From Lama glama (taxonomy: Eukaryota), in contig CM052850.1 in the NCBI GenBank assembly GCA_028534125.1, positions 25,916,001 through 25,980,000 on the forward strand: a DNA stretch of 64,000 nt, in the 5' to 3' direction. The notes beneath the pieces are model-generated. The model had not been told where the DNA came from. It was given only the letters and a program-made list of their open reading frames with translations, and searched no databases. The position numbers were made by a program, and so were the translations under genes. Below are positions 12,931-24,204 of this stretch, piece by piece (the first letter of the stretch is position 1; each line of letters opens with the position of its first letter).

Positions 12931-14427
12931 ATGGGCAGGCCCCTCCTAAGGCCCCCAGGACACTTCTTTAGGCTGATTCAACACATTCGAGACCTCCACC
13001 TTCAGGAGGTGGTCAAACCCAGACTTCTCGCCTTCCTTGGCAGTACTGCATGGCCACAATATAAACTTGACAATGGCAGCCAATGGCCCAAAAATGGCAC
13101 TTTTGATTTGCACATTCTCAAAGATGTCGACAATTTCCTCCAGTGCCATGGGAAGTGGTCAGGGGCCCCCATCTCCAAGCCTTTTGGTGCCTCCGATCTC
13201 GTCGCTCCCTCTGCCGGTCCTGCTCTCCCCACCAGACCCCCTCCTACGTGAACCCCCTCCTCGGCAGCCCCAGCTCCCCAAAACAAAAGCCGACCCCGAA
13301 AATCCTCTCACCCCCACCAATCCTTCCTCATTCGAATTCAGCTGCAAAGACAAACCCCCTCCTTCTCTCCACAACCCCGACCCTCTCCGCCGAGGCCCCC
13401 CTCCCCCCCCACACATGAGATCTCGCACCCAACCGTCAGCCCGACTCCACAACCCCTCCGTGAGGTGGCCGGCACCGATGGCATCCTCTGAGTCCGTGTC
13501 CCCTTTCCCTCTCCGACCTCTCAACCATTGAAAACGATGCGGGTCGTACTCGGCAGACCCTGTCACCTTCCAGAAAAGAACTGCTGTATCTCACCCGGCC
13601 CTGTGGCCTGGCCTGGCGTGACATTCACTTCCCTCACGTCTCCCGCGAGGACCGGGGCGTATCTGGGTGTCAGCTGAGGGCCATGCTGCCACTCTCCGCC
13701 AGCAATGCCCCAACAATCACCCCGGCGGCGGCAGCGGTCCCCAAGACAGACCCCGACTGAGACTGTCAGGCAGCCTCCCTAGGCCGCCCAGGGCGTGCCC
13801 ATCCCGTTACCTGCCTCCTGACAGGCGTGGGAAAGGCGGCCCTGAGAGCCGTTAATTATGAAAAGGGCGAGGAGATCACCCAAGGTCTGGACGAAAACCC
13901 TGCCCTCTTCCTTCCTCGTCTTGCTGAGGCCACGCAAATTATACCGGCCCCGACCCCGATTCCAGGGAGGGCCGCGCTTACCTTCATCTACATTTCACAT
14001 CCCAGTCCGCCCAGACATCAGGAAAAACCCACAAAAACCAGAAGGCGGTCCGCAAACCCCTCAGCGAGACCTCATAAAAGTGGCCTTCAAGGTCTCCAGC
14101 AGCAGAGAGGAGGAGGGAAAAGCCTTAAAGGGAAAGCGCGGTCAGGCCAAACGCCAGGTGCTGGCGAAGGCCCCACAAGAAGGGGCAGCGTCTTCCCAAA
14201 GACAAAGGACCTGGGGGCCCCCGGCGCCTGCCTCAGGCGCGGCAAAACTGCCCGTCGGGCAAGCGCTGCCCCAGCCCTAGGCCCCCACCAGGGCCCTGCC
14301 CGCCCTGCAAGCAAAAGGGACACTGGAAACTGGACCGTCCTCGGCAGTACCCCTCTGGCCTGAGCACACCCCGATCCCTGTCCACTCTGCCGTGACTCAG
14401 CTCCTCGGCCGGGCCACTGAAGACCGA
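12931..14427 (+). pseudogene. gag: ERV gag remnant (MA, CA/MHR, NC with two knuckles)
   Basis: ATG at 12931, MA-like motif to ~13160, MHR ~13850-13930, knuckles ~14228-14270 and 14297-14338 (CPPCKQKGHWKLDRP). The junction reads GAAGACCGA at 14419-14427 where GAAGACTGA is expected. Multiple frameshifts. Confidence 0.88.
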
Positions 14428-17400
14428 CAAGCCCCGGGGTCCATTGCCCCACCCCCACCCCTCACAATGAGCCGCGGGTAACTCTGACGGTGTCTGGTAA
14501 ACCTGCATCATGCCTGGTGGACACGGGCCACCTATCCTGTTTTACCAGAATCCCAAGGACGTCGCACAGGTCCTCCACCTCTGCTGTGGGCGCTGACGGC
14601 ACTTCTTCACGACCAGGGCAAACCAGCCCTCCTCCGCTCCCTACGCCCAGCCCAGCTCACCCACGCCCTCCTAGTGACCCCGCTTGCCCAGCCTCCACTC
14701 TGGGCTGAGAGGCCCTCCGAACGCTCATGGGGGGCGATCCATCTTTACCCCTCCCACTTTGATCTCCTCTGCTGTCAAGAAACACCCCAACTCAAGCATG
14801 CCTGCTCGGTCTCTCCTTCTTCCTGAGGCGACCCTGGTCACCCGGGGTGCATCACAGCCCGTGGTCACCTCCCACCACACCCCCACCTCGATCTCCCTCC
14901 TAGACCCTCAACCACAGTCTGTCAGACACAGCTCCCTCTGGCCTCCAAGGACTCAGGGCCTAAAGGCATAATCGCTCGTCGTCTGAGAGCCGGGCCCCTT
15001 CGGCCGACAGTCGCTCACAGCACCCCTATTCTCGCCATAAAAGATGAATGGGACCCACCGTTTGGCCCAACCAAGCTATGTCGCCATCCACCCACCGTGC
15101 CTAGTCCCTGTACCTCCTCTCACATGTCCCTCCTCAGGCCACTCGCTTCCCTGTCCTTGACCTCAAGGACGCCTTCTTCACAGTCCCCTGAGTCCCTCCT
15201 CCCCGGAGCCGTTCTCCTTTACCTGTCCCGATCCAGACACCACCCGGTCAGCACAGCTGACCTGGACAGTCCCCGCTTATTTGGCCAAGCCTTAAGCCCT
15301 GGTCTCTCCCTCCCTGATCCGTCCCCTCGCCTTCTCTTACGATACGTGGACCGCTTACTTCTATGCAGTCCCTCAAAGGAACGCTCCATTTCCCATACTA
15401 CCCAACCACTAAACTTCCTCGCCGACCGCAAGTACCGAGTGACCTCCACCAAAGCTCCAGTGTCCCGGCCACAGGTCACTCATCCTGGGCTCGCCATTAC
15501 CCCGTCACTCCAGGCCATTCCCGAAGAACGGAAAGCCCTCATTGACACGTCGCCTCTTCCAAGCTCAAGACCCGAACTCCTCTCCTTCTTCGGCCTGGCC
15601 AGCTACTTCAGAATCTGGACCCCCAGCTTCAGCCTCCTACAGAACCCCTCTCCCAGGCCGCGGAGGGAGAGCCGCAAGAACCCCTGGACCCGACCACACC
15701 CATTTCTGGCCCAATCAAAACACTAAAGCGGGCCCGAACGCATGCACCCACCCGAGGGCCCCCCAGCCCTACAAAGCCTTTTCACCTCCACCTGACTGCC
15801 ACTCAGAGCCTGCCCTGGTGTCCTGGGCCAGACACTCGGAGAGACTCCCTGCGCAGTGGCCTGTCGTCGTGGCCGGATGGTCCCCATGCCCGAAAACCCT
15901 CGGTGCCGCTGCAGCCCTGGCAGCCGAAGCCAGAATGTTCCCTCTTCGCCAGCCCCTCCTTGTGTCCTCCTCACGCAGTTCACAGACCTACGCGGCCATC
16001 GCGCCCTTCTCGACCTCTCTCCCTCTTGCTTACAACAAATACACGCCACGTTCTTCCAGGACCCTCCCTGTCCCTGCAGCACTGTACCCTCTTAACCCCA
16101 CCACCTTGTACCAACTCACTCGGATCCCTTACAACCAGCCACTCACGCCTCAAGGTGCTAGACTCCCCTCCCTGTCTCTTCTCTCACCTCTCTGACCTCC
16201 CCTTCCTGAGGCCCCTACCTGGTTTATCGATGGGAGCTCTTTCCAGGACCTTCGTCCCCAAGCAGGCTATGCCGTCATTACACAGGACACCGTCCTCAAA
16301 GCTAAGCCCCCGGCCCCTCGCCCTACCTCACAGCAAGCTGAACTCATCACACTTACCAGAGCCCTCACGTTACCAAAGGTGAGCAAGGAAATATCCACAC
16401 CCACCCTAAATGTGCGTCCCGTGCCATTCGCACCCACGCCGCCATGTGGCAGGAAGGGGACTCCACACACACGGAACCCCGTCTCTAACGGAAAACTGAC
16501 TCACAGACTCTCAGAGGCAGCCTTCCTTCCAGTGGCCGAAGCTACGCCCCTTTGCAAAGGACGCCCAGCCCCAGAAAACGACGCAGCCTGAGGCAGCGCC
16601 CCTGTAGAGCCAATGCAGAGCGGGCCGCAGGGAGGCCGTCGAGCCCCAGAACACACCCCAACTCCTCCCCGCCTTTCCACCAACCGAGCCCACACACACC
16701 CGCGGTGAGCAACACGCACGTCCAAGTCAGGGCTGCCCTCCAGTTCGGGCATGGTTCGTGCTCATTCCCGAAATCGTGCTCCCCAAATCACAAGGAAGCC
16801 AGATCCTAGGGCAAATCCACTCTCAGCTGCCCTCCGGTCACCCCCCACCAGACAGCAACCCTGCATTTCCTGTCCCCCACTTTAAACCACCTTACCGCGC
16901 GTCGCTCTTGCCTGCACTTGTTCCAGAACACCCCCTGAGGAGCCGCTAGGCCGCCAGCGGCTCCTACACACCAAGCACAAGGACAGCTCCGTGGACAAGG
17001 CCGGTGGCTGGCTTTCACCCACATGCCTCCCGACAAAAGATTGAACTATCTTCTGACCTTAGTTGACTGCTTTGCTGGCTGGACTGAGGCTTTCCCATCC
17101 GCATCAGAAAAGGCCCAGGCTGTTTCTTCAGTCTTGTGACAACACATCGTCCCCCCGACTCGGACTCCCAGCCAGCCCACAGACAGCGGCCCAGCCTTCA
17201 GCTCCCAGATCCCCCAACAGCCCATCAGAGCCCCGGACACCTCCCGGAAGGTCCGTACCCCTCACAGGCCCCAGTCCTCCGGTGGGGGGGGCAATGCCCT
17301 GCTAAAACGGCGTTGAACTGAACTGGCTCTAGAGCTAAAACTCTCCCAGACCCGACTTCTTCCGTTAGCTCTTCTTAGACTCCACATGCTTCCTCAGAAC

Positions 17401-17850
17401 CCACCAACCTGACTCTCTTCGAGCTGTGACACGGGCGTCCTCCTGCCTTACACAGCCGCCCTGCGACTCTGGTCCCCACGCCCTGACGCCGGCCTGCTCT
17501 GCCCCTCAGCCAACACGCCACCCGACAGTGTGCTGGGGAGAGCCTCCCATCGCCCCCCACACGCGAACCCACCAGTCAGCCCTGCCCTCTCCCCGGAGAC
17601 TGGGTACACCTGCGACAGAAGACCCTCCCAGCCTCATAGCGCCCGGCTGGCAGGCACCCCGCCAGGCTGCAGCAACCACCCCCTCCATGGCCAGGCTCGT
17701 GTCCCTTCCACGTTGGGCGCACAACTCACCACCAAAACAGGCCCCTCCTGATCCCAACCCTAAGAACCCCAACAAACCCCCGTGTTCCCACTGCGTCCCC
17801 ACAGGGGCAACCAAACTCCACCTGACCCGGATCCGGGAGGACAGCCCGCC
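14428..17850 (+). pseudogene. pol: ERV pro-pol remnant (PR, RT, RNase H, IN), disrupted
   Basis: DTG at 14520-14528; YVDR in place of YVDD at 15343-15354; RNase H WFIDGSS ~16218-16240; IN core ~16960-17330; IN C-terminal PTGATKLHLTRI ~17800-17835. Many stops and frameshifts. Confidence 0.9.
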
Positions 17851-19219
17851 CTGTGACGGTGGCAGCCTGGAGCCCACCCACTCACAGCTCCTGTCTCCTT
17901 GCCCGTGTCTCCCTCATGACGTCAGTCCTGCTCGTCTGCCCCTGCCCCCCACCCCCACCCCCGCCGAAAGTGTGCTCTCCCCGAAGCCCTCGCCAAGCCG
18001 GGGCTCTGATTTTTAACAGGGCTCAGTCAAGAAAGTGGCAAATCACTTCACTCTGTGTCAGACCGTCAGGGATTTCGTCTTGGGCGGACCCTCAGTTAAA
18101 CAGCAGCAGAACTTCTGGGACCTTCTGGTGCCTGGGGGGAGGGGGCGTGCCAGGCGGGGGCGGGGCGCCTCCGGTCAGAGCCCACTGCCCCCCGCACAGC
18201 CTTGCCCAGTGGGCCATACCCGGCAGAGGAAGCATGAGCGGCCCCCCTCCTCCCGAGGTGGGCAGCCAGCTCTGCCCAACCAGAGCCCCATGCTTGCCGA
18301 GCCCCAGCTGTGCCCCACCACCTCCACTCTTGCCCTCTTAGCCTCCCAGGACTCCCACACACCTGCCGCCCCTCCAAGGCCCTCAACCCAAACTCCCCTC
18401 AAACGTGGGAACCCCTGTGCCCCTCCATCTCCTGCCGTGGAGTGTGGTCCACCTTGGGGTACCCCCCGCACCCCAGGACTAGGGCCCCCGCAAGTCCACT
18501 CTGCCCCCAGACAGGTGAATGCAGCCAGACATGGCCAGCCCCCACTGGGCCAGGGAGCCTGGGTCCTGAGCCCTGAGTGAGGCGTGGGCACCGGGGCCCC
18601 CCCGGGCGGCTGCAGGCCTGGGGCTGGGGCTCCTCCTTTCTGGGGGGGCAGGTGAGGACAGTCCCTGCAGCGATGAGTCGGGACGCAGAAGCTGGGGCCT
18701 CTGGGGGAGCACCCTGGGAGGGGCTGCAGCAGCAGAAGGCGGGCCTGGGGACCACCTCTCTCCACCACCAGCCTTGGGCAAGGTGGGTGGCAGGCTGCAG
18801 GCCAGGAAAGTCCTGCAGCCCGTGGGGCATCTCACCCCAGGGAAGCAGGGGCAGCCGTCCCTCCGGCCTGGACCTGGCTGACAACCACTGCAGGCTGCCG
18901 CGTGCCCGTCCTCCGCAGCCGGGCTCCCAGGAGACGGGAGTCGGGGCCCAAGCTCAGAGGGGAGGCGCTGCCTGGGGCTGACCTGCAGAGAGCCGTCTGC
19001 GGACCTCAGACGCTTGTTACACCGCAACCTCCCCAAACCAGTTCTAGCCCAGGGGACCGGGGTCCCCGAACATCCCAGTTTGTTCCCAGCAAGACAAGCT
19101 GGAGGCACTAAACCCTCCGAGGGCAGGCAGGAGGCAGGACTCCAGCGCCAGGACCTCGCGTAGCTGAGCCCCGGAGCGGGCGGGTTCAGTCCCCTAGACT
19201 CCCCGCCCACTCTCCCCAC

Positions 19220-19560
19220 CCCTTTATTTTAATCGAGGTAAAATAAAGTTCACGTGACAGTTCAGTGGCATTCAGCGTGGTCATGGTGACCTGCAGCCAC
19301 CCCCTTCTCTGCTTCAGCCCCAGGCATCGCCCCTGAGGAAACCCGAACCATCCGTACTCGTACCCCACCTCCCCCAAACCCAACCACCCCTGCAACCTCT
19401 CACCTGCCGCCTCTGGGACTCGCCTGTTCTGGACGTTTCCTGAGTGGAATCCCACCACACGGGCCCTTCGCACCTGGCTTCCTTCACTCAGCGCCTTCCC
19501 GAGGCCTTCCACAGTGTCGCATGGGTCCCGCCCCCACTCCTTCTTAAGGTCCCCGTTCCA
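19220..19560 (-). mobile_element. Old L1 (L1M/L1MB-type) 3' fragment
   Basis: ctttattttaatcgaggtaaaat..cagttcagtggcattcagc..ctgttctggacgtttc..gtggaatc..ctggcttccttcactcagc resembles an antisense L1MB 3' UTR. Confidence 0.6.
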
Positions 19561-22500
19561 CCGTGTGCCCAGGCTGAGCCCGGCTGACCCACCCCCGGCA
19601 GGGCGTCTGCCTGTCCTAGTGGGCTGTGGGCGGAGACAGCTCAGGACCCCAGGGGCAGATGTGAGCCCAGTCAGCCCCCCGCCCCCGCAGTGCGGCCTCT
19701 CCTGCCTCCTGTCCTAGGCCCTAGGATGACGCCCAGGGCAGACCCCTGCCCCAGGGGCAGGAGACGCAGCGGGGTCATCTCCCCAGGAAGCAGTGACCTC
19801 GCAGGGGCCCGTCACGTGCTACCTGGCCGGCAGAGCCCCACCCCGGGGTCAAGCTTCTCCTGCGGCTCAGCCGGCCTGGTGCCCCCACCTGCCCCCAGCT
19901 GGCGACCCTGAGCCTCGGCCTGCAGCCCCCACAGTCTCCCACCCAGGACACTGCTGCTCCTTCGCCTGCCTTGTGTTCTCACTGCACCACCATCCGGGGC
20001 AGATGCACCCGTTCTGCGCTTCTTCTCACTGGCCTGTGCTCCGTCCCCTCAGCCCCCACCCCACTCGCCTGGGGGCCCAGTTAACTCTCCGGACAGCCCA
20101 CACGTGACAGGGCAGGAGTCTGGGGCAAGTGTACCTGTCCCTGGAGGAAGGACATGGAGGACAGTGCCCACAGCATCTTGGCGGGTTCCACAGGATGGAG
20201 CCCGGGTGTGCAGACGGCTCTGTTCCCCCGCCTCATCTCCTCACTGCCCTCCAGGCTTCAGGGACACACACCCGCGATGCTGTGGGCTTTGCACCATCCT
20301 CCCTGCTCCCAGCTCAACAAGACGCTCCTGCTCCCAGCTCTCTCAGATGGGTGGACAGACAACAGCAGCCAGGCCCTGGCAGGCTTAGCGCTCCTGCTCT
20401 TACGCACAGCGCCTCTCCCCGTGCCTGCTGGTCCCATTCCCTCCTCTGCTGGGAGCCCACAACCCCAGGCTCCAGGGCCCCCGCACCAGCAGACTGCACC
20501 CCACCTCCACCACAGGACGGGCTACAGGTCAGGCGGGCACCAGGCCCCCTCCAATGACCACCAGGGTGGGATCCCTCCCCAGGGTGCCAGGTGGCAGCAC
20601 TGCACCTCCCGGACAATTCCTGCTCCATCACCAAATCCCTTCCAAGCCAGGGTCCCGACACGCGCATCAGAACACCTGCAACCCGGCGCCCGGCCAGCCG
20701 CTCCACCTGGTGCCCCCTCCCTTCCACCCTGCAGAGCCAGCGGCTGCCCTGTGGCCTGGGCCGGGAGCCCCATCTCCTGTCACGTGCGGGCGGGAGAGCC
20801 GGAGTGGGCGCCCAGTCCTCACAGAGGGAGATGCAACCCCCGCGAGAGCAGACTGTGGGTTCAGGGGGACAGGAGCCTCCCGGAAACATGAGACCCGGAA
20901 GGGCCAGCCCCAGGCGCCCTGGGTGACGCTCTGAAGCTGCCTGGGGTCAGAGGAAGACAAAGTGCTGTGCCTGCAATGGGAAGGGCAGGCACCTGGTGGT
21001 CTGAGAATGTTCCAGAACCCAGCCTGCCCAGGCCAGCCCCACCCTGTTAAAGGTACCTGTGTCCACACACATTTGCATGTCGTTAAGCAGCCTCCCTGGT
21101 GGAGATGGTTCCCTGGCGTTTTTCTCTACAATTTCTCTAATATGTGACTCCCGGTGCCCTCTGGTCCTCCACAACCAGAGCACGAATGTGAGGGGGCTGA
21201 CAGGGTCAGGGCCAGAGGACCCCAGGGCTGCTGACCCAGTGGTCTCTCCTCCCTGTGCCTGGGTCTCAGGGCTGACCGCTGCCTAGCTCCGCCTGGCACC
21301 GGGGCCCCCGGTCATACCCACTGCCCCGGGCGAGACGGCTCATGCTGGACGGCCCACACCCACCAGCTGCCTGACTGCACACGCGCCACTAGCCCACGAG
21401 TGCTGGAGACCCGTGTGAAGTGTGGTCACTAAGTCAACGCTGAGCCCCGGGGGGACGTCTTAGGGTGTGGGGAGGGGAGAGATGGGGAGAGGAGGGGTTT
21501 GGAGAGGAGAAGGGGGTTGGGAACGGGTGCCACCAGCTGGGGGCGGCCCCCAGGGCTTCCTGGAGAAGGAGGCTCCCAGTGAAGGCCATAGCTATGAGGT
21601 GCGCTGCCCCGGGACCAAGCCCAAATGGCTGGTTATGAGGACGCGATGCCCCAAGATGGCGACCGGCCCCCACAGGCGCCACCCAAGGCCAAGCTGTCTC
21701 CTCAGCTGCACGGCGGCCGCTTCCCCGGAACGGCCAGGGCGGCTTCAGACAACCGCAAAGCGGGCTTCGTGTCTGCACACACAGCTCAAGAACCGCGAAG
21801 AAGGGCTCACCTCCACGGCCGCCCAGCGGTGCGCGCGGAGGCTTCGGGCCGCCCTGGGCCGTCCTCCAAGCGCCAGCGGCTCCGCTCAGCCCCGTGACAG
21901 CTGGGACACTGCCGGGCCGGCCACGCGCCGAGGGCGCCCGACGCACGACACACGCAGGCGAGTCGGGGAGAGCAAGCTCTGCGCCCGGGGCCTGCCCGGC
22001 TGCCTCGGGGAGGAGACAGAAGGCGAGCAACTGAGTGGACCCCGAGAGAGCGCACCTGTAGGCCCCACGGCGGTGGGGGAGGGTCACAGGAAACACGCAG
22101 GCTGCCCTGGGCCCCCCCCCCCGGCCCACAGTGACAGCCAAGCCGCAGACCCAGGGCCGGCGGGGCGTCCTGGCAGGGGCTTCTGCCCTGGGCTTCTGTG
22201 GGGAGGGGAGACAGGTGGCAGGCAGGTGGTCTGCAGGCGACGGGCCGGGCTACGGCTGGGCCTGTTTGGCAATCAGGGGACTCTCAGTCAGCTGAGCAGG
22301 ACTGTTTCTCGGTCTAGCTGGTGTTGGGGGACAAACAGCTCTATTCGCAGCTACTCAACAATGAGACAAAAAACAGGGCCCTGGAGGTCAGCGTCCAGCC
22401 TGGTCACAGGTCACCCAGGGGGATCAGGGGTCTCACAGAGTCCCGAGGAACATAGATGGGGCTTCCTCCACATCATTCAGGGAAGTCTTCGCAGGATGCC

Positions 22501-24143
22501 GTCTCTCAGGGTGTTCGGAAAATAGGAAGTTTGTGGGGCTCCCAATTCCGTTTTCTGGGAGCACAGGCTCAGAGGGGAGCTCCCCAGGGACCCTGGCTGC
22601 TCTGGCATCTCCTAGAGGAGTCCACTGCCCCGGGACCCAGCGCAGAGCCGGGGCACGCGGCTGCTCCTGCCCCCACCGGCCTCCTGCGAGAGAGGGAGGA
22701 AGTGGCGGACACAGCTCAGGAGAAGAGGCACCAGGGTTCACTGCTCACCGCAGACGAGCCAGCACCAGGTGCTGTCCCCTTGGCAGCCACACCCAAGGGC
22801 ATTTACCCTGGGGCCACACACACTCATCAGACAGCCAGGCTGATGGGGAGCTCTGGATGGCGCTGAGCCAACACCAGACACCCGCAGGCGGTCCCCGGGG
22901 CCCCGTGGCTCTGCGCACGCTCTCTGAGCACTGTGGGCCTGCTCCTGGGAAGCACGCACCCTGGCTGCTGCATCACCTCCACGTGGCAGCGACAGCTCCG
23001 ATGGTCAAGCGTCCAGGACGGCTCCACCTCTTAGGCACAGCAGGGGTGTTTCACTCAGGTCGGGGGGATCTCTGGGCCCATGGCAGAGGACCACTGGTGT
23101 GCGTCGTTGCATACGAGCGCGTTCACTTTTAGCCGCTTGGGGTGGGAATCTGGAGCAGACCGCCCAGTCCTTGTTGCTGTAAATGGGGAGCACCGCCTGT
23201 CACAGGCGCTGTCCCAGGTAAGGGGTGGGGGTGCCCAGCCAGGTGGCTGGGATGTCCCCCGCCCAGGTGCCCCCACCCTGCCATTCCCCTAAGCGTGGAG
23301 TTGGTTGTCACGCGTTTGTGTCCCTCCCCAGGGCACTGCTCCCTCTGAGGAGCCCCTGGCCCCTCCAGCTCAAGCACCCAGACCTCTGGGCTTGGCCCAC
23401 CCTGCCTCCCCGCACTGGTAGTTCTGACATGCTCCCCGGGGGTGTCACGTGGGAGCCACTGTCCTGAGAACCAGGACGTAGAGCAAGGGAGGGGCTTCGC
23501 TCTCGAGAAGTAACACAGAAACAGAGGGAGAGGCTGCTGCAGACCAGGTCTGGGGACCCTGGACCACCCAGCAAAGCTCCTGAGAGCAGCACGTAAAATA
23601 AATCGAGGGGCCGAGGGCTCACTCCTGGGTGTCAGAGCAGCAGCGGGGAGCTCTCCAACCCTCAGAAGTTCCCTTTTATCATTTGTTGCGGGTTGGGGGT
23701 AGCGGTGCCCAAATTAACTTCTTTCCGACGGTCATCTATGTTCTGGATAAGGCACAGTAAAACAGTTAACCTCCCTGTTGACGAGATGTTCCTGCGCGCA
23801 CACACACAATGAAAGAAAAGGAAAAGGGACAGTTCAGGCAGCAAAACCGGCAGGGCAATGCAGCCAGAACCCTGGTGGGAGCAGCCTCCCTCCGCCCTGT
23901 CTTCACTGGAGGCGGGGGCTCCCAAGCCCTGCGTGGGTGGTTGGGGGGAGGGGTACCGAGAAATGCCAGGCGGAGACCCGAAGCCTAGCCTGGGCCTTGG
24001 TTTGGTTGGAGAGGTAACCTCAGCGCCAGGAGGCCGTTAAGAAGGGACCAGGCCAGCGTGCGGCGCGGGGCAGAGTCAGCAGCGAACGCTGCCCAGCGTG
24101 GCCGCGGCTGCAAGGCTTGGAGCCGTCAGCAGCGAAGCCAGGG

Positions 24144-24204
24144 CGGGCCCCCTAACGCAAAGGCCTGGCCCGGGCCCCCTAACGCCAAGGCCTGGCCCGG
24201 GCCC
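24144..24204. repeat. 27-bp tandem duplication (about 2.3 copies)
   Basis: cgggccccctaacgc(a/c)aaggcctggcc at 24144-24170 and 24171-24197, then a partial cgggccc. Confidence 0.9.

Larger units (their letters stand above)
12670..17850 (+). mobile_element. Decayed class I (gammaretrovirus-like, HERV-H/ERV-F-related) endogenous retrovirus: leader-gag-pro-pol; no recognisable env or paired LTRs
   Basis: Retroviral motifs occur in the expected order across shifting frames: MA (WPQYKLDNGSQWPKNGTFD), MHR (VNYEK..ITQG.DENPALFL.RL.EA), two zinc-knuckle remnants, protease (EPRVTLTVSGK..CLVDTG), RT (VLDLKDAFF, YVDR), RNase H (WFIDGSS, AGYAV, QQAELITLTRAL) and integrase (FTHMPP..YLLTLVDCFAGWTEAFP, TDSGPAF). 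Boundaries are approximate. Confidence 0.93.

Noticed and set aside
14386-14400. Second His-PBS-like match (TGCCGTGACTCAG)
   Set aside because: It lies inside the end of gag, the wrong place for a PBS; probably chance.
17850-18700. ERV env gene and 3' LTR
   Set aside because: I found no furin site, immunosuppressive domain, CX6CC, polypurine tract or direct repeat of the 5' flank, so neither is called.
21467-22525. 352-aa plus-strand ORF
   Set aside because: No recognisable domain, R/G/P/A-biased composition, a non-ATG start and no splice structure; expected by chance at this GC content.
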